A stretch of DNA of 63,962 bases, filler included, from Octopus bimaculoides (Eukaryota), in assembly GCF_001194135.2 (NCBI RefSeq). It is 5 parts of 5 records of this genome, joined end to end, with 100 filler letters (N's around TTAATTAATTAA, not from the genome) between each part and the next. Parts side by side here need not be neighbours in the genome. Positions count along the whole stretch, not along the records: positions 1 to 13,652 come from NC_068982.1; positions 13,753 to 42,259 come from NC_068986.1; 3 more parts are not named here. One strand, 5' to 3'. The notes under the pieces were generated by a model. The model saw only the letters and a program-made list of their open reading frames with translations, was not told the origin of the DNA and searched no databases. The position numbers were made by a program, and so were the translations under genes. Positions 13,081 through 25,372 of this stretch are shown piece after piece. Every line of letters begins with the position of its first letter. Within the stretch, counting starts at the first letter, position 1.

Positions 13081-13652
13081 AACTTTAACTGACAATGGAG
13101 AGCGCGAAGCCACCTCAGTGTCAGCCTGTCTCACCTTGTGATGTTATTTTCCTGCCGGCATGTTATGACTTTCAAGCTATATTTGGTCTTCCCGCTTCAG
13201 CCATATATAGAAGCTGGCTATTTCGACCGCCTCCTGCATCCTCCTTATCAAATTTCTCAGTTCCGAGCTTGAAAACGCAAATCTTCTCTTGAATAGCGCT
13301 GTCATTTTTCTTTCAATAACGCCTCTAGCCACCACTGCAAGATGGTAGTACTCAACAGTCCATCCCTGTTCTCTGCACTCTTCGATTAGTTTCTCGTATC
13401 TCTTCTCCTTTCGTTTCTCTGCATTGTCGATATTCTCTTCCCATGGTACTGTCAGGTCTAGCAAGATTCCTATTCTCCGTTCTGTGTTCCATATGACTAA
13501 GTCTGGTCTTTTTGTTGTTTTTATAAGTGGAAAAATTGCTAGACTTCCCAAATCTGTGGCCAGCTCCAAGTATCCCTTCCATCTTTCGTCTATCTCGTAT
13601 ATTTTATTTGGAGGCCTGATCTTATGTCCTTTTCCTTCCTTCTGGAAGTATA

Positions 13653-13752
13653 NNNNNNNNNNNNNNNNNNNNNNNNNNNNNNNNNNNNNNNNNNNNTTAA
13701 TTAATTAANNNNNNNNNNNNNNNNNNNNNNNNNNNNNNNNNNNNNNNNNNNN
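13653..13752. other. Artificial scaffold-join spacer (44N-TTAATTAATTAA-44N)
   Basis: Six-frame stop linker within Ns; the same pattern recurs at 42260-42359, 56400-56499 and 62805-62904. Confidence 0.95.
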
Positions 13753-14175
13753 CTTCAGATTCCACATTTTGCTAATTTCTATTTTAAGATCTTTATATTT
13801 GCTCAGTTTTTGGTAGGTCTTGACAGATACGTTTATATCAATTGGGACAGTCATATCAATGAGGAGGCATGAGTTTTGTCTGAAGTCTTTCAGTATGATG
13901 TCTGGCCTATTCGCGTCTATCTTTCTGTCAGTTTGAATGGTGAAGTTCCAGAGGAGTGCAATGTGATCATTTTCAAGTACTGGGGGTGGTTTGTGTTCCC
14001 ACCAGTTTTTATCATGGGGCAAGTCCAGGTTTTTGCATATTACCCAGTGAATATATTGTGCAGCTCTATCATGCCTGTTCAGATATTCTGTAGGCGCAAG
14101 CAGACTGCACATGGAGACTACATGATCGACGGTCTCATTTTGTTGTTGGCATATACGACATAATGGGGACTTGCC

Positions 14176-14176
<1 letters not shown>
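13753..14176 (-). mobile_element. R4/Dong-like RLE LINE fragment, 5'-truncated at an (AAT)n tract
   Basis: CRICQQQNETVDHVVSMC, YLNRHD, NRPDIILKD, LIDMTVP, KYKDLKIEISKMWNLK; uninterrupted frame. Confidence 0.92.

Positions 14177-14260
<84 letters not shown>
14177..14260. repeat. (ATT)n microsatellite
   Basis: Direct reading. Confidence 0.95.
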
Positions 14261-14261
<1 letters not shown>

Positions 14262-14729
14262 GTATAGAATAGAACAAGGTACAAAAACAAATAGGTACTA
14301 CACGTGGGAATGTAAGAGGAAAGTAAGAAGAAAAATAAGCGAAAATGAACATTGGAAATCAAAAATAGTAAGGGCTTTTTATGGAAAGTAACGATAAATA
14401 TATACAATTAGATGAACTAAGGTAGGAATAAAAGTAATAAAAGTCATTATTGTGAATTGTGAAAGACATTAAAAATCATACCGGTTTGCTTTGAATGGAC
14501 ATCGAATACTGGACGGTGTCAAGTCTACTACTCCCTGAGTAAAAAGATTATGTGTATGGGAGGTAAGTATTTCCGGATTTGGTTCAATTATGGTAGATCT
14601 AGATCTGTAAGGTGAATGATATATGGGTTCGTATGGGGGTTAGTGGTATGAAATGAAAGGTTAGTAGTGTTCTGTATTATGTTATGAGTTCATATTTAGT
14701 TGTAGAAGATATTTATTGATGAAAGTTGC

Positions 14730-15125
14730 CTCTTTATTCATTCTTTGTTGTATTGAGGTGCTCTATGAACATCGATAGAAGGGAAAAATTAGGAAATTAG
14801 GATTAAGATTCCTCGCACACCTTTCTTTGTGTCCACTGACCTGTATCTGTCTGTATTGTGGGTGGCGGATTTGTTCTTTGCGGAGAGTGGTTCTTCTACT
14901 GAGTGATTTCCTGTTTGGCCAATATAATTATTGTCACACCCTAAGAATGTAATGGCATAGATTAGATTTTCCGAGACACAGGTGAAATTTGATTTAATCT
15001 TAAATATTTCACCTTGTTCAAAGTGGAATTCTGAACACTCCAAAAGGTGGAGGCAAGTACCACATTTAGGTCGACCACATTTTTTCCTTTTTGGTTCTGT
15101 TGCGCTGGTTAATAATGTTTCAATA
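14730..15125 (-). mobile_element. Penelope-like element GIY-YIG endonuclease fragment with upstream Cys linker
   Basis: KKCGRPKCGTCLHL...NFTCVSENLIYAITFLGCDNNYIGQTGN, then after a frameshift LSRRTTLRKEQIRHPQYRQIQVSGH. LIY...YIGQT is the GIY-YIG signature. Confidence 0.85.
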
Positions 15126-15140
15126 ATTTAAGTTTCAATG

Positions 15141-15173
<33 letters not shown>

Positions 15174-15178
15174 CATAC

Positions 15179-15229
<51 letters not shown>

Positions 15230-15694
15230 AAAATGTGTATGTAGGTAGGTATTTATGTATATAAAGGAATACATACATACACATTTACAGATTTGAATAC
15301 TGAATTTCGGAACAGAGTTGAAGAAAGCATATCAAATGTTACGAAATATTTAGCATCGTTTACAGTGAGATATTAACAAGTAAGTACAAACGAATATCTA
15401 AATATTCGTAAAGGGCTATGCATTCCAGAAATGATAAATATAAAATTGTAATTATACGTACATTGATCTATAAGTGTATACATGCATACATATATACATA
15501 TACACATGCATATATGCGTGGGCCTGCGTGTGTTTGTGTTTGTATCTGTGTGTGCGTGCGTGTGTGGAGCATGTGAGTTTACATATAAAATTACTTTCCG
15601 AAATCAATAGATAGATGCATGTATAGATAGAGTACAGAGACACAGGTTGATATACATATATGCATATAAATAAATAAATATATATATATATATA

Positions 15695-15906
15695 CCGGAG
15701 TAAGCACATGAAATGTGCAACAAGGTGGAAAAAAGAGTACTCAAATACCAGAGGTAGAGTAATATGCTTTATTTAAAAGCAGCAGAAATATAACAAAAAA
15801 ACCAGAGTAACGGTTTNNNNNNNNNNTTTATTTAAAAGCAGCAGAAATATAACAAAAAAACCAGAGTAACGGTTTTTTTGTTATATTTCTGCTGCTTTTA
15901 AATAAA
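15695..15906. repeat. Repeat fragment ending in a perfect 36-bp inverted repeat (15827-15862 / 15871-15906)
   Basis: tttatttaaaagcagcagaaatataacaaaaaaacc [agagtaac] ggtttttttgttatatttctgctgcttttaaataaa. The left arm is also duplicated across the 10-N gap. Confidence 0.85.
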
Positions 15907-15907
15907 G

Positions 15908-15974
<67 letters not shown>

Positions 15975-16593
15975 ATATATAAATATATATATATATATAT
16001 GTGCATTTCTGTTTGTTATATATGTATGTACTCACGTATGTATATGTGTATGTATGCATTTATGTGTCTGTGTGTGTGTTTGCGTATACGGCAGTCGAGA
16101 ATTCCCGTGAATGTGTGAGCGTATGCATAGACACATATGGTGAATGAGCTTGTGATTGCGTGTATGTGTCTGTGGATGTGGGCTCTTGTTTTGCAATGTA
16201 TATGTGAAGGTCTAGAAGTATATATTTATCTGTGCATTCAATCTATTCTAGCAGAAGATGCTGCAAGCTACTCAAGAAATAGAAATTAATACACTGTGAA
16301 AACGGAACAGCAGATAATATAGTACATGTAATAATAACATGGTGTGGAACCATACAAATGACATTGATCTTGTAAGTATATTAATGACATGCCACTCCTG
16401 TAGCTCAAGGGAATGAAATCATACAGTTTCGTGCTTGTTACATTTCGTAATTATTATTGAACATGGATGTATAGGCTTCTAACAGAGAGAAAAACTGTAT
16501 TAACCGTTATAACCATTTCTGTATCCGATGTTACGTCTACAACTACTGATAGTGTTGCTGCTACTACTGCTACCACATTTGCTGCTGCTACTG

Positions 16594-16644
<51 letters not shown>

Positions 16645-16671
16645 ATGGTAGCGGTTGCGAATTTTTATAAA

Positions 16672-18677
16672 CTACCTGAGATACCCGGCGTTACTCGGGA
16701 TTAAAATGGCATAGTTTGTATATATTACATTGCTGTTGTGTTGAAACAGGTGATATGGGAAAGTGCAGCATTGAGAGCAAAATATTTGTGGAGGAAATGA
16801 TGGACTAATTCGACTAAGCAACATGCTATGCGTTCATTTGGAGTATTTCAGGCTCTAACCTGTCTTGAAAAATTGGAGGTGTGTGTTATGTAATTTTTGA
16901 ACTCACCGAAAAGCTGTTGATATACGTTTTTTGCAGCAGTTTGCGCTGTGTCTAACATGACCCATCGTCTGAGATTTTGACACCTCCTTCGAGTTTGATG
17001 TCCTATATCACTCATAAAGTAAATTTGGAAGGACTGTGGTTGTTCATTTGTGGTTAACAGGGAACCAGTTAGGTGAGAGACTTTCCCTTTAAGTTTGACG
17101 TCGGCATAAATTCATGTTTAATTATCTTCTTAGATGCAGTAAACGAGTCCATTTGAAATGCAGAGTTGTATTGTCTGATATTGCTCAGAAAATCCTTTGA
17201 CTGGATGTAAGTGCTTTCCAGAAGATCCTTTAGAGGTTGAGAGAAAGCTGGTAGTGCTGGGAATCTTACCTGACCGCCTGAGCAGCATATGCCATTTGTT
17301 TTATTTGGACATTTTAAAGCTCTACAGAAACGACAATTTGTGTTTAGCACACCAATTTGGACAGAGTTATCATTTTTATAAAAATGGTATGGATATCTGT
17401 AAGCAGCTCCAGGAGTTGTGAAGAACGGATTTGTACGTAGCCTGTTTCTGAGAGCTATTCCATTGGACCTCTGTCTAATCATTAAAACATTGATTTAACG
17501 ATCCAGTATTAACTGCTATAGCATATACATTTGCTGATCTTGGGAAAGTCTAATCTGAGATTCTGTCTGACGTGCTGCATCATCCCTTTGCTTGAGAAAA
17601 TCTCATCTCGTTTCTCTCTTCAGACTCTCGGCTTCGGTTTTCTACAATCCTCATTACGTTATACTTGTTTCTGGTAAATGTGTATTTTTACATACCTTGT
17701 ACCTGCCACCTCATTGTTTTTTGTCAAGAATTTCACTTCCAGCCGTTCGTTATATCAGTATTCACATACACTGACAGACCACTCTGCTGTGGTGGCCGTA
17801 AAGATAGAAAGTTGCCGATGCGTAACGTTGTTCACGTTAGGATGTAAATTATTCATTTATTTCAGATATAATAGAAATAAGATGATCTTTAGAATTAAAA
17901 GTGAAGGAATGAATGTGAAACAATATTACAGGGGCAACCCAATTTTCGAATGCATAAGGAACATACGCACATACGCACATACGCACGCTCGCACACACAC
18001 ACACACACACAAACTCTCTCTCTCTCTCTCACTCTCTCTCTCACTATCTCTCCCTCTCTTAGGACACAGATAAGGTATGAAACAACAGCATTTCACTTTC
18101 ACCTGCTATCCCTGCCTTTGATCTTTTATAGCAACTGGTTTTCTGTCTCCATATGAAATAGCCGTGTGTGGTGTGTGTGTGTCTGAGCGTGCGTGCGCGT
18201 GTGTGTGAGAGAGAGAAAGAGATAGAGAGAAAGAGATAGAGAGAAAGAGATAGAGAGAACGAGATAGAGAGAAAGGGAGATAGAGTGAGTGAGTGAAGGT
18301 GGGTATCGTGGTGATTGAAGCCTTTGAAGGTACACACACATATAGAAAATGTGATGTCATCGTCGTATAAAAGTTTACGTAGTTGATTTATGGAAACGAC
18401 TATAATATTAAATTTTTCAAATGCAAATATGTGAATGACAATGAAGTCTAATTTGTAGCTAAAATAGTACTAAATCTGTTGGTACCCCTTACGTCAAAAT
18501 CAGCAACTCGGTGTTGGAATGCATAAGTAATATAAATATGTGGAACAGACTTCTTTCGAAGCTAAAATGCTTAGACCTTAAGTAAGACAAATGTAAAATT
18601 TGGTGAAATTCGGTTGAAAATTGTAGAAGTGGATTACGCAACACATACGCATACAGCTTGCCATTTAATATGTAAGA
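16672..18677 (-). mobile_element. Helitron deletion derivative with RepHel N-terminal fragment
   Basis: ORF 17069-17482: CRFCRALK...GICCSGGQV..P...NIRQYNSAFQMDSF...FMPT. 3' hairpin CCCGagtaacgcCGGG followed by GTAG-T at 16672-16701; degenerate TC 5' end near 18677. Confidence 0.85.
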
Positions 18678-19409
18678 CATATTACGTCTTTTTTTTTGGG
18701 GGGGGGGGAAGAATTTTGTTTCCTCGCTTTAGGAAATTTCAAGTTGAATTTGATGATAACATTATCTATTATTAAGATTATGATACTGATAATAGTACGT
18801 TTATGGTAATGCTCAATGCATACAGAAACGCACANNNNNNNNNNNNNNNNNNNNNNNNNNNNNNNNNNNNNNNNNNNNNNNNNNNNNNNNNNNNNNNNNN
18901 NNNNNNNNNNNNNNNNNNNNNNNNNNNNNNNNNNNNNNNNNNNNNNNNNNNNNNNNNNNNNNNNNNNNNNNNNNNNNNNNNNNNNNNNNNNNNNNNNNNN
19001 NNNNNNNNNNNNNNNNNNNNNNNNNNNNNNNNNNNNNNNNNNNNNNNNNNNNNNNNNNNNNNNNNNNNNNNNNNNNNNNNNNNNNNNNNNNNNNNNNNNN
19101 NNNNNNNNNNNNNNNNNNNNNNNNNNNNNNNNNNNNNNNNNNNNNNNNNNNNNNNNNNNNNNNNNNNNNNNNNNNNNNNNNNNNNNNNNNNNNNNNNNNN
19201 NNNNNNNNNNNNNNNNNNNNNNNNNNNNNNNNNNNNNNNNNNNNNNNNNNNNNNNNNNNNNNNNNNNNNNNNNNNNNNNNNNNNNNNNNNNNNNNNNNNN
19301 NNNNNNNNNNNNNNNNNNNNNNNNNNNNNNNNNNNNNNNNNNNNNNNNNNNNNNNNNNNNNNNNNNNNNNNNNNNNNNNNNNNNNNNNNNNNNNNNNNNN
19401 NNNNNNNNN

Positions 19410-19446
<37 letters not shown>

Positions 19447-20339
19447 TACACATATATACATATATATATATGTATATATATACATATATACGAATCTATA
19501 TTCATACATATACATATATACATATATATATATACATGTATGCATATATATATATATGTATATGTGTGTTTTTGTGTATATACGTAAGTGTTGCCAACAA
19601 CGAATTAAATGTAGAACATCGCTGTTGGTATTACATTTCTTCCACGGTTTACAGCTCTTTGAACAAGTTAAGGGTCACAATTTATATAGTACGTTTGAAA
19701 ACAAGTATGAGTGTAATGATGCTTTGAAATCGATTATATAATATCGATTATATAATGAGAGACCCACAGCCACCTGATTATAACGCTTGTGAACACACAA
19801 TCTCCAGCAAGTATAGAATGACGCATTTCCTCTTGATGATCTTACACCTATTATTACGTGAAGTGTCCCAAGATTTGTGTGAGAGCATTGAAGATATTCT
19901 AAGTAGAATCAGTGACTGCAGCGACTACTAAGAGCTTACATATTGCATTAAACTTTGGATGAATGCAATATCGTAATATCCATAAATTTTTTATTGATTT
20001 TGCAATAGTGCGTAGGGATAATTTGCGAGAAATATATAGAGTTTCTTAATACCGATTCCACCAAAATAGGATTTTTCATAAATCTTGTATATGATAATGG
20101 ATACTTTAATAAACAGAGTCATAAGTAGATCTGCCCCACCACATTAGAAGAAGGGTTCGGATAAGCATTGAAAATCTAGTAAAATGAACCGCACACCCAT
20201 TCAAACACTCACTCATGCCTGATACACCCGCACTCGCTAGTGTTGAGAGTAAGGCAAAAGACGCTAAATAACCAAATAAAGAAAAACCTGCCAATGATTT
20301 AACATAATGATTTAGACTAGGGGTCAGCCACACTTAAGT

Positions 20340-20634
20340 GGCAATATACTACACTTTATCGTGCAGTTACTGTTAATACTTCATTTAGAGAATTAACATT
20401 GCTTGTTTTCACCTTTTCAATATCAGTGAAGAATGCCACTGGAAAAGAAGATATAAGGTCTGCCAGGTTTTTCTCTCTCACCAAGGTCATCAGCTGTCGA
20501 ACGCCGACGAAGGGAAATAACCCTGAAATCCGGATACGTTCGTGCTGCTGGCCGAGGTGAGAGGGATAACTCCCTTGGCAAACAGGACACAGTCGTGTGT
20601 CGATAAGCCAGCTGGAGGAGATGTCCTCCTGGGG
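20340..20634 (-). mobile_element. Possible retroelement ORF1-like remnant
   Basis: GC-richer coding-like patch; PQEDISSSWL weakly resembles PPEIVEAWL of the ORF1 at 28311-28778. Confidence 0.25.
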
Positions 20635-21091
20635 NNNNNNNNNNNNNNNNNNNNNNNNNNNNNNNNNNNNNNNNNNNNNNNNNNNNNNNNNNNNNNNNNN
20701 NNNNNNNNNNNNNNNNNNNNNNNNNNNNNNNNNNNNNNNNNNNNNNNNNNNNNNNNNNNNNNNNNNNNNNNNNNNNNNNNNNNNNNNNNNNNNNNNNNNN
20801 NNNNNNNNNNNNNNNNNNNNNNNNNNNNNNNNNNNNNNNNNNNNNNNNNNNNNNNNNNNNNNNNNNNNNNNNNNNNNNNNNNNNNNNNNNNNNNNNNNNN
20901 NNNNNNNNNNNNNNNNNNNNNNNNNNNNNNNNNNNNNNNNNNNNNNNNNNNNNNNNNNNNNNNNNNNNNNNNNNNNNNNNNNNNNNNNNNNNNNNNNNNN
21001 NNNNNNNNNNNNNNNNNNNNNNNNNNNNNNNNNNNNNNNNNNNNNNNNNNNNNNNNNNNNNNNNNNNNNNNNNNNNNNNNNNNNNNNNNNN

Positions 21092-21138
<47 letters not shown>

Positions 21139-21184
21139 ATGATAACAAATAATATATATACATACATATATATGTGTGTGTGTA

Positions 21185-21400
21185 TGGGCACAGGACGCCA
21201 CCAGTGGTGCAAATAACATGAAATACGTAAACAAACGAGAGGAAAACGTGTAAACAACGAGAAAAATGGTAAACAGGTTAAATAAACACAGTTGTCGGCT
21301 GTCTATCTACTCCTCATTCCGAGCATTCAACGACAATATGAGTCTTCAAAAACAGTTGGTCCCATAAATTCTGAAATAAAATTCAGGATTTATGGATGGT
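21185..21400 (-). repeat. Penelope-LTR-like dispersed repeat
   Basis: Shares tatgggcacaggacg...tgcaaataaca..aaatacgtaaacaa with 57120-57250; carries a degenerate TTGAAGA...GGAA hammerhead-like motif. Confidence 0.5.
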
Positions 21401-21622
21401 AAAAGTTGAGAATAAAAACAATGACAGTTGAGGCATACCTAGAAACCGAACGAAAACAAACATGGATGATGGTTAGACAAGAACGAGAGGAAAATAGTGA
21501 ACGGTGGGAAAAACATTTTTTTTTTTTTGATAAGAGAAACGATATTTGAGAGAGAGAAACACGTCCGTTACTTTTCACATCCTGCGCACAGCTGGTGACA
21601 TCCTGTACCAATATATGCATAT

Positions 21623-21661
<39 letters not shown>

Positions 21662-22725
21662 GATAGATAGATAGATAGATAGATAGGTACGTACATATGT
21701 TATACATTATTTATCATTACTTATTTGAAAGCAACGCATCCATTTCCAAGTAATTTTATATATATATGGCGGCGGTGTATCAAATATTAACTATCCTTTA
21801 AAACTTAATATACCGTGATATAGCAGCTAATTAGAATTAATTAACTTCATGTAACTGCATTTACTTATCGGCTAATAAACGTATTTGGAATTATTAATTC
21901 TGTAGAAGGGAGGAGGTACTTACCTGCGAGTGGCTGCACGTACGTCTAAACGTAAACATCAGTAATATTTCAGTTAAGGTTAACCCACGCGAATAGACTT
22001 ATGCATATTGGGAAACAAACTGACAATTTTATTTTGATTATCAGGACTTTGTTTGTGTAGTGTAGACGCATGGCTTAGTAGTTAGGGTGTTGGATTAATG
22101 ATTGTAAGTTTGTACAACTGGATATTCTGTTGCTTATTTTGATTTTTATACACCTTATTTTGAAGTTGTACGGATAAAACCGCATTATTTTTGGGTGGTT
22201 CAACTTAAGTACCTAATTCATCTGAATCTCAATTATATATATTGTAATAATAATAATAATCAAGGATAAAATCTATATACGATTTTATCAAGTGGCTAGC
22301 ATGTAAAACGCTTTAGGTAGAAATTAATACAGAGTATATAATCTTTATAATACTTATAACAAAGGTAACTACATGGTAGAGCCACATGCTAGAAGAGAAT
22401 GTCAAATTACTCTAAAACTATTGAATTTATCACGTAGACACTAGCTGAAAGTAAAGTAATTTCAGTCATTTGACGTCTTCTTCCAGCACGTGGCTCTGCT
22501 ATGTAGTTTCCCTTATAATTATATATATATATATATATATATATNNNNNNNNNNNNNNNNNNNNNNNNNNNNNNNNNNNNNNNNNNNNNNNNNNNNNNNN
22601 NNNNNNNNNNNNNNNNNNNNNNNNNNNNNNNNNNNNNNNNNNNNNNNNNNNNNNNNNNNNNNNNNNNNNNNNNNNNNNNNNNNNNNNNNNNNNNNNNNNN
22701 NNNNNNNNNNNNNNNNNNNNNNNNN

Positions 22726-22819
<94 letters not shown>

Positions 22820-24612
22820 ATACTAATATGTATATGAGAGTGCATATGAATCAACTTTTCTTGAATATGATGAGTATAGTTAATGCCAGTAATATTATCA
22901 TATATAACTCGTAGATACATATCTTATATCACTTCATACTTAGTTGTCTGTTGATTTCGATATCGGAAAATATTCTGCCACAGACAGACGTCTAAATCTC
23001 ACCTATTACCAAAATATAACAAATATAAAATCAATAATGAATTCTCAGAATACCAAGGTATTAACAGTATCATTAATCGGTGGGAGAAAATGCTGTGTGT
23101 TGTTAATTTAAACGATTAGCATGCTTTTAATTTTATCCTTCCGGTATCAGCTTTGATTTCTAGTCATGTTATAGATTCGATATGATCCCTAATTTGCTTC
23201 TCTAAATGCTGATCCTCATTCTTTTGTTAGAAATAATATTTACATTTTACTTCTCCATATAAACCCTTTGCCTAGTTTACGTACCATGTATGTGCCATTT
23301 GAGAAGGTGACTCTCTGGTATGTATTGGGACCACGTTTGTCCTAAGAATACCCCTAAAACTGCAAATATCCTCTAAATAACGCATGACACAAAATACACA
23401 AATTAGTTAAATATTTATTTAACAATAGTCTTCGCTTCTTTGAGTGAATTGTTATTACCTTAACAGAAAAAAAAAATTGATAAAAGGTACTTTATTTGTG
23501 TTGCGTACGTACCAATGCAAAGATGAATTAGTATAATCATTAGAGCTTTAATCAAAACGCAATTTTTGTTTTACAGTATTGAATTATATATATTTACATT
23601 CTGAGTTCAAATCCAGCCGTGGTCACACTTACCTTTTATCGTTTTAAAATCAAGGAAATGCATTCCCAATAAATTACAAAACTTTCATTATATTCTGATA
23701 CTCTCCGGCCAAAATTTCAGATCTTGTGTGTATATTGGGTAAAATAATTGTACATACAGCACTTTAACTCACAATGATAATGACGATGGCATCCCTCTGT
23801 TGCTTTTCAGAAATTCTAACGCCAAACACATTTTACAAAATATGTAGCTTGGGTAAAATTTCATAAGCATTTTGCTAGCTATATCTAGCAGAGCAACTGA
23901 CTATGATGAGATTCTCTGATTGGCGTAGTTATCGATTTATTTCAAAACATCCATCTAGATTACGGCGGTTGACCAATACGAATGCATGGGGTATGTCGTT
24001 AATGCGTCACTCAACAACACTCAAAATAAACGTTTGAATTGAATTCAAGTGAAATTTGGTATGGCTCGCCTATAGTCGTTTGCCAAGAGTTTGCAAATAG
24101 TTATATATTGACCGATGCAATATTTTTAATAATAATGTATGAAGAGCTAAATCATATAAAGTGATTGTAACATCTTGTAAATTATAAATCAATAAATGCC
24201 CCGAACACAGTTTGTAGACTAATATGATTCAATATAATTCTATTACTTTCAAACTAGAAGATATTTTTAGTTAGTTAAATACTCTCTTTATTTCTATGGT
24301 ATTGATACGTCGTTAGTAAGACCAGAATGAAATTGTTTGCAAATAAGAAGAGTAATTTGCTTTAATGTTTAATTAATTAACTGTTTATTTATGTTGCCTC
24401 AATTAAAAATCGAGTCAAGTTACTATTGCTATATTATTTAATAGAGTTTAAACGTTTGTGTAAACGTATAAAGACCAGACATTTTATAACCATTTTAACA
24501 GTTACTGTTGAAAATTCAGCATTGTCTAAATTCCTAATCGAGTAATCGATTATTGAAACATAAGATTCAATTATTATGCATTCCTCACTTTCTATATCTC
24601 AGTCGCCTCTTT

Positions 24613-24646
<34 letters not shown>

Positions 24647-25025
24647 NNNNNNNNNNNNNNNNNNNNNNNNNNNNNNNNNNNNNNNNNNNNNNNNNNNNNN
24701 NNNNNNNNNNNNNNNNNNNNNNNNNNNNNNNNNNNNNNNNNNNNNNNNNNNNNNNNNNNNNNNNNNNNNNNNNNNNNNNNNNNNNNNNNNNNNNNNNNNN
24801 NNNNNNNNNNNNNNNNNNNNNNNNNNNNNNNNNNNNNNNNNNNNNNNNNNNNNNNNNNNNNNNNNNNNNNNNNNNNNNNNNNNNNNNNNNNNNNNNNNNN
24901 NNNNNNNNNNNNNNNNNNNNNNNNNNNNNNNNNNNNNNNNNNNNNNNNNNNNNNNNNNNNNNNNNNNNNNNNNNNNNNNNNNNNNNNNNNNNNNNNNNNN
25001 NNNNNNNNNNNNNNNNNNNNNNATA

Positions 25026-25060
<35 letters not shown>

Positions 25061-25292
25061 GCATCTATATACTTATAAATACATACCTATGGACATTATA
25101 GATATATGGTGATTGAGTGCCAGTGAATAAATTGCTTTGCGAAATTTGTTCTGCTCTCCATCGCTTTGAGTTCAAATCTCGGTAATGTACACTTTTCCTC
25201 GTTTCCATATATATAGATTATAATCGACCTGGAAACTGCGAAAATCAGATAAGACAATACTTCTCTCCTGTCTATTTCTTACTCTCTTGTAG

Positions 25293-25372
25293 ATTCTCGC
25301 ATTATCACTCAGAATGAAACCAGTCGAAACGGAACGGGCTGTCAGATTGAAAATTTTAAGTGTACTCCATAT
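25293..25372 (+). CDS. Candidate internal exon of an unknown Cys-containing extracellular protein
   Basis: Strong acceptor ctatttcttactctcttgtag; open frame DSRIITQNETSRNGTGCQIENFKCTPY with two N-x-T sequons; possible donor gtacga. Confidence 0.3.

Larger units (their letters stand above)
12345..13652 (-). mobile_element. HERO/NeSL-like RLE non-LTR retrotransposon, 3' end (RLE domain + long putative 3' UTR)
   Basis: ORF 13177-13569: RPDLVIW, LLDLTVPWEENI, ERKEKRYEKLIEECREQGW, ARG, YIWLKRED. This PD-(D/E)xK-type motif set matches HERO-like elements. The 5' side ends at an assembly spacer. Confidence 0.85.

Noticed and set aside
13177-14352. One retrotransposon spanning 13.2-14.3 kb
   Set aside because: Two non-redundant RLE domains from different clades, separated by an artificial spacer.
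21290-21350. Active hammerhead in the Penelope-LTR-like repeat
   Set aside because: GAAA is GGAA and the stems are poor; recorded only as a degenerate remnant.
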